A DNA stretch of 64,000 nucleotides, from NCBI GenBank assembly GCA_964035545.1, contig OZ037772.1, forward strand, positions 6,308,889-6,372,888, written 5' to 3'. Positions 28,998-40,731 of this stretch are shown piece by piece. Position 1 is the first letter of the stretch. The number at the start of each line of letters is the position of its first letter. The notes under the pieces are model-generated. The model did not search any database, was not told the origin of the DNA, and was given only the letters and a program-made list of their open reading frames with translations. The position numbers and the translations under genes are program-made. This DNA is from Bugula neritina. Lineage: Eukaryota > Animalia > Bryozoa.

Positions 28998-30248
28998 CTG
29001 TACATAGTTTAATATTTCAAATATATTATAGAGAACAAAAACATATCTGCACTTTATAGACCACATTAGCACATTCAAACCTTCACCACTAACTAAATGA
29101 AAATATGCTACAGTATATTTCCATTTATAGATTACAGTAAAGTTGAATACAGAATCTAGTAAATATTTGCACTGAAAAAACTAGACTTAATTCATTGTAA
29201 AAATTATCAAATAGAATGATCAAAAGGCATTATAACTTATTTGAATAAAAACTTGCCTTAATCAGATAATTTATGCTATTCACAAGGGAATAATGCTAAT
29301 AATATAGTGCTGGTATATATTGAAACAAATGACAACACATAAACCATTACACAAGTAGATAGCTGTTCTAATATTTTGCTCTAGCTAAGTCTTTTAGCAA
29401 ACATGAAGCTACTTTTAGCATGCATACTGTTGATGTCTGAATTTTCATCAATTTCAGCCTTGAATTTGACAGAAGAATATTATTGTACACAGCATATATC
29501 AGCATTCAACAGCTCAGAATCTCAGCTACAGGAGTCTACCCTTCAAGATTCCAGACAAGGTAAATATCTTTTACGTTGTATTAGGTCATCGAGCTAAAAT
29601 TAAAGTAGGTGAGAATTGAAAAGGTAAATGTATGTCATAAATTATTTTACCCTAATCATCAGTGGTTATAAAGGAGTTCACAGGGTTCGATTGGCTACAA
29701 TTAATATGTTCTGTTTGCAATTTTCTCAATGCTACAGAGAGGAATTACTAGAATGAGTTTTTTTATTATGAGATCTTGTGTTATATATTAGTTATTTCAT
29801 TGAAATGAGGGTTTGTAAATGCAGTGGACAAACATAAAAATCACACAGCACAATCTTCAGAAATGAGCATGAATTTGACTGAAACAAAGTTGTACATACA
29901 CAGTTTATTTGACAAGAAATGAAATGAACAATAATAATAGTATAAAAAAAGAACTCCTCTGATACTGAATATTTTAAACCTTATGTGAACTAAAACAACA
30001 TTAATTAAAAAAAACACGTAATGATTTTATTTAGTTTTTAAAATTATTTATACACAAGAAAACTAACAAAATGCATAGTATTTAATTGCCGGATTTTGGA
30101 AAAAATAGCATAATTTTTAGCGGATATACTGTAAGCATACACAATACTATCTGATTGCAATTGTGCATATATTTATAATAACACAAGCTTGTTTAAAAAA
30201 GATAAAACAGCTAAAACAACCACTAGCACTTGACACAGTTACACTATT

Positions 30249-30898
30249 TGTAGAAATTCAGAGACTCTGGAAATGAAGTTCACTGATGATGTATTACTAT
30301 TAAATTTATTATTTTAAACACCAACGTGAAGTCTAAAAGATAGACAACACTGGTAAAACTTAATTGACAACAAAACTTATATATACAGAACAAAAACTTA
30401 TGTTAATAACATTGATAATATCTATAACTAAAACTGATATAAATTGATGGCATTTATTACTAAAAACAATTTAATCTATTCAAGTACTCAAATTGACAAG
30501 ATATTCGAATTATTTTATAAGAAAAAACATACCTTTAGTTCTCTTTAATCTCGTGAAATGCTAACTATTTGTGTAACTTTAAAATGAATATAACTATCTG
30601 TTTGATTGATTGATTGATTGATAAATACAAATGTCTATTAAAATACAACTTTATAATGACTGATTGTCATCTACTGCTCTATTACTGCCGGTGACTCGAT
30701 TACTTTGCTGCGCGCGAGTTACAAAAACAAAAAGTGCGGGAAATCATCAGACCGAGTCAACTAAGCCAATCAAATCGCACCGGACCTGGATGCAATGTCA
30801 CCGCAACCAAAATAACCGCAGCACTGCACAGCGGGTCAGCCAATTATAAAATACACTGTAATGCAAGGTGTTATTGACAGTTGCTTCAATTGTTTACA
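30249..30898. mobile_element. Solo LTR (650 bp) with 5-bp TSD CTATT in P2 intron 1
   Basis: TGTA...TACA termini; CTATT at 30244-30248 and 30899-30903; absent from the homologous P1 intron (~8400). Confidence 0.8.
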
Positions 30899-32290
30899 CT
30901 ATTCATTATAAGGCTAGCATTGATATTTCTCTGTGCAAATAACTTTAAAATCATTTATTATTAATGCCCAGAGAGCTTTTTTACTGGACTTGTTGATAAA
31001 CAAGTTTGCACCGTAGAAAATTTGCTATAAAAGCTATACTATCTACAATAGTTTGGAAATAATTGACTAAAAGTAGGGGCATTAATCTAAAACCGAAACA
31101 TATATATATATTTATATATGTATAAATATACACTATTTACATATATATACACTATTTACATATATATACACTATTTACATATGTAACTTTATTGATTTTA
31201 GCTCGATCTAGTCTAGACTGTATGACTCAATGCAATGATCTCCACAGTCAGTGTCAGTCTGGTGTCTTTGAATCAGCAAACAGAATTTGTAGACTATTCA
31301 ATGAACCTTTAGTAGAGCTGGTAGAAGGAAACTTAAAGAAGATGTTCTATTTCGAGAAGCTATCTTTACTGACAAGTAAACATCATTCTTCTTCAAATCC
31401 CAAATTAAAATAACTTCTTTCATTTATAAAAATCAATGCTAGTAACTTTAAACATGATGTGTGCAGATTTTAAAATCTATTAGGACTTTAACTAATTAAA
31501 AGTGAAATAATTGGGTGTAATGATAGAATATAGGGTTTTCAAATTGATTTTGGCTGATACTGACAGTCTTTTAATTTTAGGAGAGAATATTTTCTTGGAC
31601 AAAGCATTTTCTGATGTGACAACACATTACCAGCAGAGAATCACTTCTAGTCCTGAGTTCTGTCTGTCTCTCTGCTCCTGTAACCAGTCATGTGTTGCTG
31701 TGTCATATGACAAGAATACATCAACCTGTTTCCTGTCTGATAAACCAGAAGTGATAATCAACACAGAGCAGACTAGTAGACTGTGTTCTGTTAAGAAGAT
31801 CTACTCAGAAGAGTTGGTTGTCTATAGCTTCTCTACCAATCTTGCTAAAGGTAAAGATAGCCAAATGCTAATTCTAACACTTATGCGACAAAGTCAGTAA
31901 ATTAGGTTAATGACATATGCGACATTATACCACAATACTTTACATGATATTATTAAAGTTTAGAAAGTCCTAGCTCTTTATATTGTAAAAGTCCTGTAAT
32001 TCATGTTGTTCTGGTAACTTTTAGATAAAGTTGCTTCATCAAGCAGCATATATAGATCCGATTTCTCAGAGGTCAAGGCTATTGATGGAATTTATCTTCC
32101 CTCTGAATCTGGGATAGGGGAGCAAGAAAGCCTTTTTGTTACAAGTCAAGAACTGTCTCCATGGCTGCAAATAGACTTAACCATCAGTCACTTTGTTGAT
32201 GGTGTCAAAATATGAGACAGATCTGAAAGTAATCAAGGTGATTTAGTTTACATATTCGGGCAGCTGTTGTGTTGTGACGTTTTATATAAA

Positions 32291-32501
32291 TTGCAGAAGT
32301 TTATAGTTGCCATCTCTGTGAGAAACCTTGATGGAAGAGGGTAATATTTTGTTTATTCGGGCTAAGAATTTATTCAGATGAGGCACGGAAGCAATTATGA
32401 CTGGATGCTCTCCCTAACATCACCAATGGCTTTTGTTGGGTTCGAACCCATGACACTGTGTCTATTAAGCAAATGCTCTAACCCCTTGACCAAAGCTGCC
32501 C
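32291..32501 (-). mobile_element. tRNA-derived SINE in P2 intron 4 (best-preserved copy)
   Basis: Reverse complement has A box TGGTCAAGGGG and B box GGTTCGAACCC, then the family core gttagggagagcatccagtcataattgc. Confidence 0.8.
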
Positions 32502-33223
32502 TGTTATAATGTTTTATCTGTTGCTGACAAACTACTATATTCTTGTAATTTCTGTGTATTTAGTGGTAATCTGAATGTTTACAGTATATATTGTATGCTA
32601 TTTAAACATAGTCAAATGGTAGTGTTTTAAGTTAAATATTTAAGCTTTTTGCTGACATCTTATTATGTCAATTGACATTTTAGCTGTAAATGACCTGTTG
32701 GCAAATGTGAGAGTAACAGTTGGTGCAAGTTTTTAGTAAGCACAAAGTCTGTAGTGCTAACACACTTTATTCCAACATGCTACCAAGTTCTCTAGATAAA
32801 AAGTCTTATCATATTTCTGCATTAAAACAATGTAAAACAGCATACAGCCAACATTCTGCTCTGGTTGTTTAATAAGAATTATTTGAAAGAAGGAAAACTT
32901 TTTTACAGAGAACAATGACAGGCTGGCTAATGTGAGAGTAACAGTTGGTGAAACTGACACCAACTTTGATGATTCACCACAAGATGAAATCTGTGATTAC
33001 TTTCCTGGACAACCGCCAGCAGATATATTTCTGGTTACATGTCATACTAGAATGTATGGTAGATACGTGAGAGTAACAGCTGTAGAAGTGAATGAGATTT
33101 TTAATATCTATGAGTTGGAAATTTACGGACTAGAGATTATGTTGATATTTATGCTATAGACTAATGTCATTCACATTCAGTTGCCAAAATACTGGCCCAT
33201 AATTGTAAACCCTTGCATGCATA

Positions 33224-33398
33224 TGTGTGTGTGCTGTGTGTGTTGTGTGCATGTGTGTGTGTTTGCGTGTGCGTGCATGTGTGTGCGTGTGCGTGTGTGT
33301 TCTGTGTTTGCGTGTGAGTGTGCGTGTGCGTGTTTGTGTGCGTGCGTGTGTGTGCATGTGTGTGTGTGTGTGTGTGTATGTGTGTGTGCGTGTGCGTG

Positions 33399-33449
<51 letters not shown>

Positions 33450-33454
33450 GCGTG

Positions 33455-33510
<56 letters not shown>

Positions 33511-33543
33511 TGCGTGTGTGTGTGTGTGTGTGTGCGTGCGTGC

Positions 33544-33594
<51 letters not shown>
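33224..33594. repeat. Compound (GT)n/(GTGC)n microsatellite just 3' of P2
   Basis: Directly visible. Confidence 0.97.
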
Positions 33595-33596
<2 letters not shown>

Positions 33597-36500
33597 GATA
33601 TTCAAATTTAATTATAAGCGTTAGAGCCAAGTTGTTGTAGCAACATCACCCAATGTATGCATTCAAACAAATTATAGGATAGTTAATGCAGTATGGGAAT
33701 AGTTGAATCAATAAAACTTTGAACTGAACAGTCAGTAAAATAAATATTTTATTATACGGTATAGACACCTGTTGTGACTCTGTGTTATTACAGCTTCAAT
33801 ATATTGTGCCATTTGTTAATTGCTGTTGTTTATATTTATTAGGTAGACTGTGGTAATTTGGTCAAACAAATAGTTTCAAAACATCCATAAAAGTTATAGG
33901 CTCTTGGTCTAAGTAGAAATCTGGCCATTGACTATTATACAAACTACATATGACAAAATTTACATTGCATTCTATACATTTTTGCTTCATAATACTTTTG
34001 CAGATATATAGCATTGAAATACTATGTAGCCTGCTGTGTTGTTTTTGGGGCCATATTTTAATCTCTATGCTTTTGTTTTTTTTTATCAAACAGTTTAGTT
34101 ATCACCAGTTCAACTTCGTTGTAAACTCATCAGTCACGCTGTAGTAAAATATACTATCAATTATGATAAATGTGTTTAATAACTATAATACCACAATTTT
34201 TATGAGTTTATTAGTTATCAATTTTATTTAACAATCTGACATAAACTTAGCAGATGTAATAAACAATTACAGTATTCAGAAATATAAGTAAGTTAAGCAC
34301 TTGAAAAAAGTGGCGAGATACAGTCACAATGTTGTTATCGGAACTGTGTATTGGCTTTTTTCTAAATATATTGAAAACAATTTTTGTACATGAGTTTTTT
34401 TGAAAAAAATTTAGTGTTTAAATTTTTGTTCTTTACTAACACATTTTGCATATATTTTATAAAAAACTCTCAACACACAGCGGAGCTGAAGCAATAGTTA
34501 TAAACGTGCAGACATTGGCTGCTTGAGAAGCATCATTTAGTTAATCGATTCCACAGCACGCACTGAACTCAACTGATGACATTAACTTAGTCCCTTGTGA
34601 TTCGCTGCACTGATTTCTCTTTCCAGCTATTTGTTTATTGAACCTTTAAAGTAGTGATTGCCTTGTGACAAACTGTAGCCTGTGGTTAGTGTAAAACAGC
34701 ATTGAGCTAACATAGTAGACTCATTCTGTAAGCAGCTCTCAGTTGGAGTGACCGAGTGCAGTAGTTTTGGGTTATTGAGTTTGGAGTTGAGGGTTTAGGT
34801 AGGATCTTTGAATCCCTAACTTCAAACTTGAGACCTCAAGCTACTTACTCAGTCACCCCTAACATGGAGCTGCTTTAAGAAACTTGTAACATATAAGCTC
34901 TTATGTAAGATGGGACTACTGCTGTAAAACAACATTGTGGTACAATAGTTGTCTCACATAGAATCTAATTTCAAACCCTGTATTGGGAGTTATGTCCCCA
35001 TTTAATACATTAGCAGATACAACACTGAAGAGACTAATTGTATTTGGCCATGGTTTAACTGTCTCATATATTAAATCACTTGATTATTTCCATATAGTGT
35101 ACAGTGTTCAGGCTAAAGAGTATGCAGCCAAAAGAGAAAACATCTTTATACTAATAATTTAAAAAGCTGTTCACATATATGAAAGCATATTCGACAAGAC
35201 ATGTGATGAAATAGCAAAGGTATGAGATATAGCTCAAAGTTGATGGCTTATAATTAATGGTAGATGTCATAATAAAACTATTAGATATTTACTTGTTAGC
35301 CTAGGGTCATTAGTCTAGTTGACAAATCTAAAGACGAAGCAGCCAATGAATTTGAATCTAGCACCAAGAGAAGCTTGAGGCCACCCCACTTTTCAATTCA
35401 TGCTAACATCAAAGCAGTCATGGTGCTTTTATAAATATTGCGTATTTGAGTATATACTAACTGAATTGCTTTTACTGAACACAAGTGGTTTGCATTCTTG
35501 AGCATTGAATATACGAATATACGAATGATATGAAATAAGTAATAAGAGATAAGTGAATGAATAACCGAAAATTATGAGTTTATATACCAGTCTAAAAAAT
35601 AGCTATTATATGTGGTAGACAAACTCATTGTATCACAATAGAAAAGACATAAGCTATGCTAATACGAGTAAAGTTGTAATTATTCAACAAGCTTTTCAAG
35701 TTCATCTAATGGCGGCCAACAGTTTTAATAACCATCACACTCTTCATGAATTAATTAGTTAGAATTTTATCTAACAATCTAACATCTACTTAGCATACCT
35801 AATATAGAATAAAATTTTCAAAAATAAAATTAAGTTCATCACTTAAAAACAGTAAAGACACACAATCACAGTGATGTCATAGGAACTGGTGCATTTGCTA
35901 ACTTTTTAAAACAAATTATAAACAATTTTTGTGAATAGTTCTTTTACTAAATTTAGTACAAATATCTCTAGTCTTTAAAAACATTCTTTGCTTATATTTT
36001 TTATAAGAATCTCTTTATTCTGTAACAGAACTGAAGTAACAGTTATGGGAGTGCAAACTTTTATAAATTTTTTTATAAAATATGCTCCTCTTGCATGCAG
36101 CTATATGTTATAGTTGGTCAAATTCACATCAGCACTGAATTCAACTGAAAACCTTAACTTATAGTCCCAAGTGAATAGCTGCACTGATTGATTGCTCTCC
36201 CCAGCTGTGTGTTTGTCTATTGAACCTGCAGAGTAGTGGTTGTCTTGTGACAAGCTGTTATAACCTGTGATTAGTGTAAAACAGCTTTGGGCTAAAATAT
36301 TATACTTGTTCTATAAGCAGCTCCAAGTTGGAAGTTACTGCATGAGTGCAGTAGTTTGGGTTTATTGAGTTTAGAGTCGAGGGTCTAAGCAAAAACTTTG
36401 AATCTCCAACTTCAACCTTGAGACCTCAAACTATTTACTCAGTCACCCCCAACACGGAGCTGCTTTAAGAAATTTTTAACATATAAGTTCTTATGTAACA

Positions 36501-37825
36501 TGGGACTACTGCTGTAAAATAACATTGTGGTCGCCTACAACAGTTGTCTCACATAGAATCTAATTTCAATACCTGTATTGGGAGTTATGTACCCATTTAA
36601 TACATTGACAGGGCCTACAACACCGAAGAGAATAATTGTATGTATCATAACGTAGTTTCACTGTCTTATGTAATGAATCATTTCATCATCCATAGTGTTC
36701 AGTAACTTAAGTACTTGACTGAAACAAAAGCATGAGGGAAAGAGCAGAATGGCTAAATAGTATTCGGTCAAAAGAATGAACTTCTATATTACCTATAATG
36801 ATTTAAAATGTTTTCCACATATATGAAAGCATATTAGACATGTAATAAAATAGCAAACTCAGAGATAGTTTTCAAAGTTGCTGGATTAGATTTAATTATA
36901 ATTGCCACAAGAAAGCCATTAGATAGATACTTGTTACTCTAGGTTCATTACTCTAGTTGACAAACCTAAAGGTGAAGCAGCCAATGAAGTTAAATCTAGT
37001 GTTGAGAGAAACTTTAGGCCACACCCACTTTTCAATTCATGCTAACATCAAAGCAGTCATGGTGCTTTTATAAATATTGTGTATTTGAGTATATACTAAC
37101 TGAATTGTTTTACTGGACACAAGTGGTTTGTATTCTTGAGCATAGAATATAGAATCAGGCCTATGTATAATTACACCTACTCTGCAAAAGAATTGTTACA
37201 AAACTACTTAAACATGTTGCTATCATAGTTTAAATATTGAGGTATCTAAGAAAGGTATCATTACTACAGAGAGTTATAATAAATGTGTTTTCTAAAAAGC
37301 CTTTAATATGATTTAAAGTTATATATAAAAACATGAAATTTCCTTTTTAAAGAGTTAAAAATCAAAAGTAATATTGAACATGCATTTACTAATGTCACTA
37401 TATGTCATATTATAATCTTTGGACGGATGAATAATTAATATAGACAAAATGAATTGAAGGATCTATGTATAAAAATATTATTGTTTTTAACAATGACATT
37501 ACTTATGTATAGATTTATATATTAATTAGTATAATATTTCACATTAGTTTGCTTAGATTTTGCCTTCATAATTAGATAGGCCTACTCCTTATTACGTATT
37601 TGGCAGAAAAATTTCTTAAAAGAATTTATACAAATAAAGAAGCAAATAGAAATATTCTAGTTCAGATGTAGTGGCTTTACTTTGCTCTTATTGACAGAAT
37701 TACTTGAATTTGATTGGCTGACATAAAATATAAAAGTCTTAAGAACTTCTCTTGTTCATCACTTCAGTTTGAACTGTAGAACTAGATAGTACGAGGTACC
37801 TTGTTGTGTATTTCTAACCTGAAAC

Positions 37826-39993
37826 ATGCGGATGTATTTCCTCTTTACACTTTTGTTGGCAGTCCCTCTGAATGCAGTAAGTATACAAGAACTTCTACTA
37901 CAAGAACAATAATGTATACAATAATGAGTGAACTATTATATTGTTGTGTTATATGAGTCATCATATTGAACTTAAAAACTATGTGTGTTATAATATATAT
38001 AATATAATATATAATGTATTTAATAAACAAGATAGTTTTTATTTGAATAATTCAGCAAAGTAATAAAGATTTTACTTAAAAGTAGAATTCTTTATAAAGA
38101 TTTGCTAAAATGTTTTACTGACTTTTAGAGCATACGTAATTTTTTTAAAAGGGTTTCAAAAAAAAAAATTGTTTGATTATCACTCCGGAGTTTTTCAATT
38201 TATAGTAATCCTCTCCAAAAAATTACCAACATACTAATTTTCTATTATGCAACATTTAATTGCTATAAATAGTCTTAGACAGACAGCATTGCTATTGGCT
38301 TTGTATGCTCCAGCTATTATATTCTCACTTCTTTGCATCCTGGACATATTGAACATCGACAAAGTGCTAATTGTACTAAATTTACAGAGCTAATATCATA
38401 TTCAAATAAAATAATATCTAACCAGTGTTCCTATAACTACTAGATGCAATACTGTGGGACATTGTGTTTGTAGCACCGTGATGTGGAGGAATATTGTTTG
38501 GAAAGAATAAAGACAAAACCATCTGACAAACCCAGAACATGTTTAGACCTACTGTGTCTTGGATATGGTGGTGCTAGCGGTGTATACAAGATCTACCCAA
38601 CAGGGCAGGAACAGTACTCGTTTGATGTCTTCTGTGACCAGAAAATTGATGAAGGTGGATGGACTGTTAGTATATCAATATTCTATTGTTGTTATATTAT
38701 ATAGCTGTTGTTTAAAAATATGTTTGTTTTGATTTTCAGAATTTATAGCATTCACTCATCCCTATTACCATTTTCTGATATATATATATATATATTTATA
38801 TCATACGTTGGATTATCTTTTAACCAGGAAAATATTAAAAGCAAACTTGCATAGCAAATATCAAACCTGAGACTGCATAATAGAGATACAGTTCTGCTAA
38901 CTAATAAAATTAATTTTCCTTTTCACTAAATGTTAGGTGTTTCAAAGAAGAATGGATGGTTCAGTTGATTTCTACAGAAACTGGTACAGTTACAAACTGG
39001 GTTTTGGTGATTTGAATGGAGAGTTCTGGCTTGGAAATGACAAGTTGGTAGCTGCTCTGCAAGCTAATCCTAAAAATGAGTTGAGATTTGACCTTGAAAG
39101 TACAACCAATGAACAAGCATATGCTAAATACAGCAGCTTCAATGTTGGTGATGAGTCAACTGGATATACACTTTCAGTTTCTGGCTATACCGGGACAGCA
39201 GGTATAAGTTTCTAATAGAACGGAAATATCTGATTACAGCAATTGAATCAATTGCCCAATATAGGCTTACATTTCCAATTTTTGTTCACAATTTTTATAG
39301 CAATAATGCTCCATGTAATGGCTTAAAAATTACCTTTACCAAACTGCTGGTAACGCTTTTAGAGAATTTTGGTTCAAATATGTTTTGTTGTAATAAAAAG
39401 CTTAAAAATTATATAGTTGCAGTGCAAGGCGTTTGCTTAAACGCAACTATATAACGCTTTACTGCAAAGACAAATGACAATCAAGACAATGTTTGGTCAT
39501 TAAAATATTTTGGTTAAATTGATGCATTATATTGATTGAGAAGTGATAGTTATCCAAGTAGAGTACTTAGTTTATTTTAGGAAATTTTACTCTGAAAAGC
39601 TACATTAAAAGCTAGGCCAACTGTAATTGGTTGTCACAAAATATTAAAATATGGATTTTACATGAGTAGTGCCAATAATTTTATTCACTTTATAAAAATA
39701 GCTCATTATAATTAAAAAAGTGAAGTATTAATTCTTTAGGTGACGCCCTTTCATATCATGGCAATGGACGAAAGTTTTCAACACGTGATAGAGACAATGA
39801 TATTTACCCTCATTCCTGTGCAACCATATTTAATGGTGCTTGGTGGTATGGCGGGTGTCATGATTCCAATTTGAATGGCAAGTACTTGAATGGAAGTCAT
39901 ACTTCTTTTGCTAATGGTGTTAATTGGAGATATTGGAAAGGTTATTATTATTCTCTAAAAACCACAGAGATGAAATTCCGTGGATATTTGTAA
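37826..39993 (+). CDS. Complete secreted FReD protein copy E, 253 aa; exons 37826-37876, 38474-38665, 38937-39201, 39740-39993
   Basis: [17 protein letters not shown] signal exon; all GT-AG with the same phases as copy B; last exon [53 protein letters not shown]. Confidence 0.92.
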
Positions 39994-40731
39994 ACCTTTA
40001 TGTTTACACAATTGCAAAGTGTGAATCTTTAAGTTTACTATTCTATTCATCTATATAAATAAATGAAAAAAAATTTTGTAAGAGCCAAACAGCAAAATTA
40101 TTTGTTTTTTAATTTTGAATTAGATTTTGTAAAACTATTTGCGAAGCCAGAAATGAGTGTGATCAACTATGTAATTTACAAATATTTCAATTCAAAACAC
40201 CCTCTTGTAAGCATAAACATTACAACTATGTGTATACCAAACGCATTGTAGGCAGTTTATATCAATAATTTAGCTTGATTGAAAGATTTCGTATAAACTG
40301 CATTGTAGATTTAACGATAAAAATTAATTTTTAGGTCTTGCAAATCTATCCCTATACACATATGTATACTTCTTTGTCATGTTTTGCAAAATTTCAACAA
40401 CTTTAGGAGACATTGTAGAACAAAAACTATAAAATGTTTGAGTGTTCATGCATGTATACAGAAAGAATATATATTATACAAAATATATATCAAACATATA
40501 TATATGATGAAAAAAACAAAAACAAAACCATATTTATATATAGACCACAGCGCATCAAACATACACTAGTTATTCTAAATGACTATATACTACACAGAAC
40601 ATCTATAATAATCTGTAAATCACAGCAACATTGAATATAGAATACAGCCTACTCAAATATATACTAGAGCTAATGTAAATAAAAACTCCACAAATGTGAC
40701 TCACTCGTTGACATCCTGACAGTCACATTGG

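Larger units (their letters stand above)
29403..33159 (+). pseudogene. PAN-PAN-F-type lectin gene copy P2: full 5-exon structure (29403-29559, 31202-31375, 31581-31850, 32025-32237, 32909-33159; 354 codons) with one in-frame TGA
   Basis: Signal peptide MKLLLACILLMSEFSSISA; two PAN Cys patterns; F-type lectin motifs; four phase-1 GT-AG introns; Trp codon (TGG in P1 and P3) is TGA at 32213-32215. Confidence 0.85.

Noticed and set aside
32213-32215. In-frame TGA as selenocysteine, readthrough or an alternative genetic code
   Set aside because: Paralogs have TGG here, other Trp codons are TGG, P3 has a TAG at another Trp, and I saw no SECIS; a simple nonsense mutation is more likely.
32430-32501. 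tRNA gene
   Set aside because: A and B boxes are present, but there is no convincing cloverleaf and the sequence continues into a repeated SINE body.
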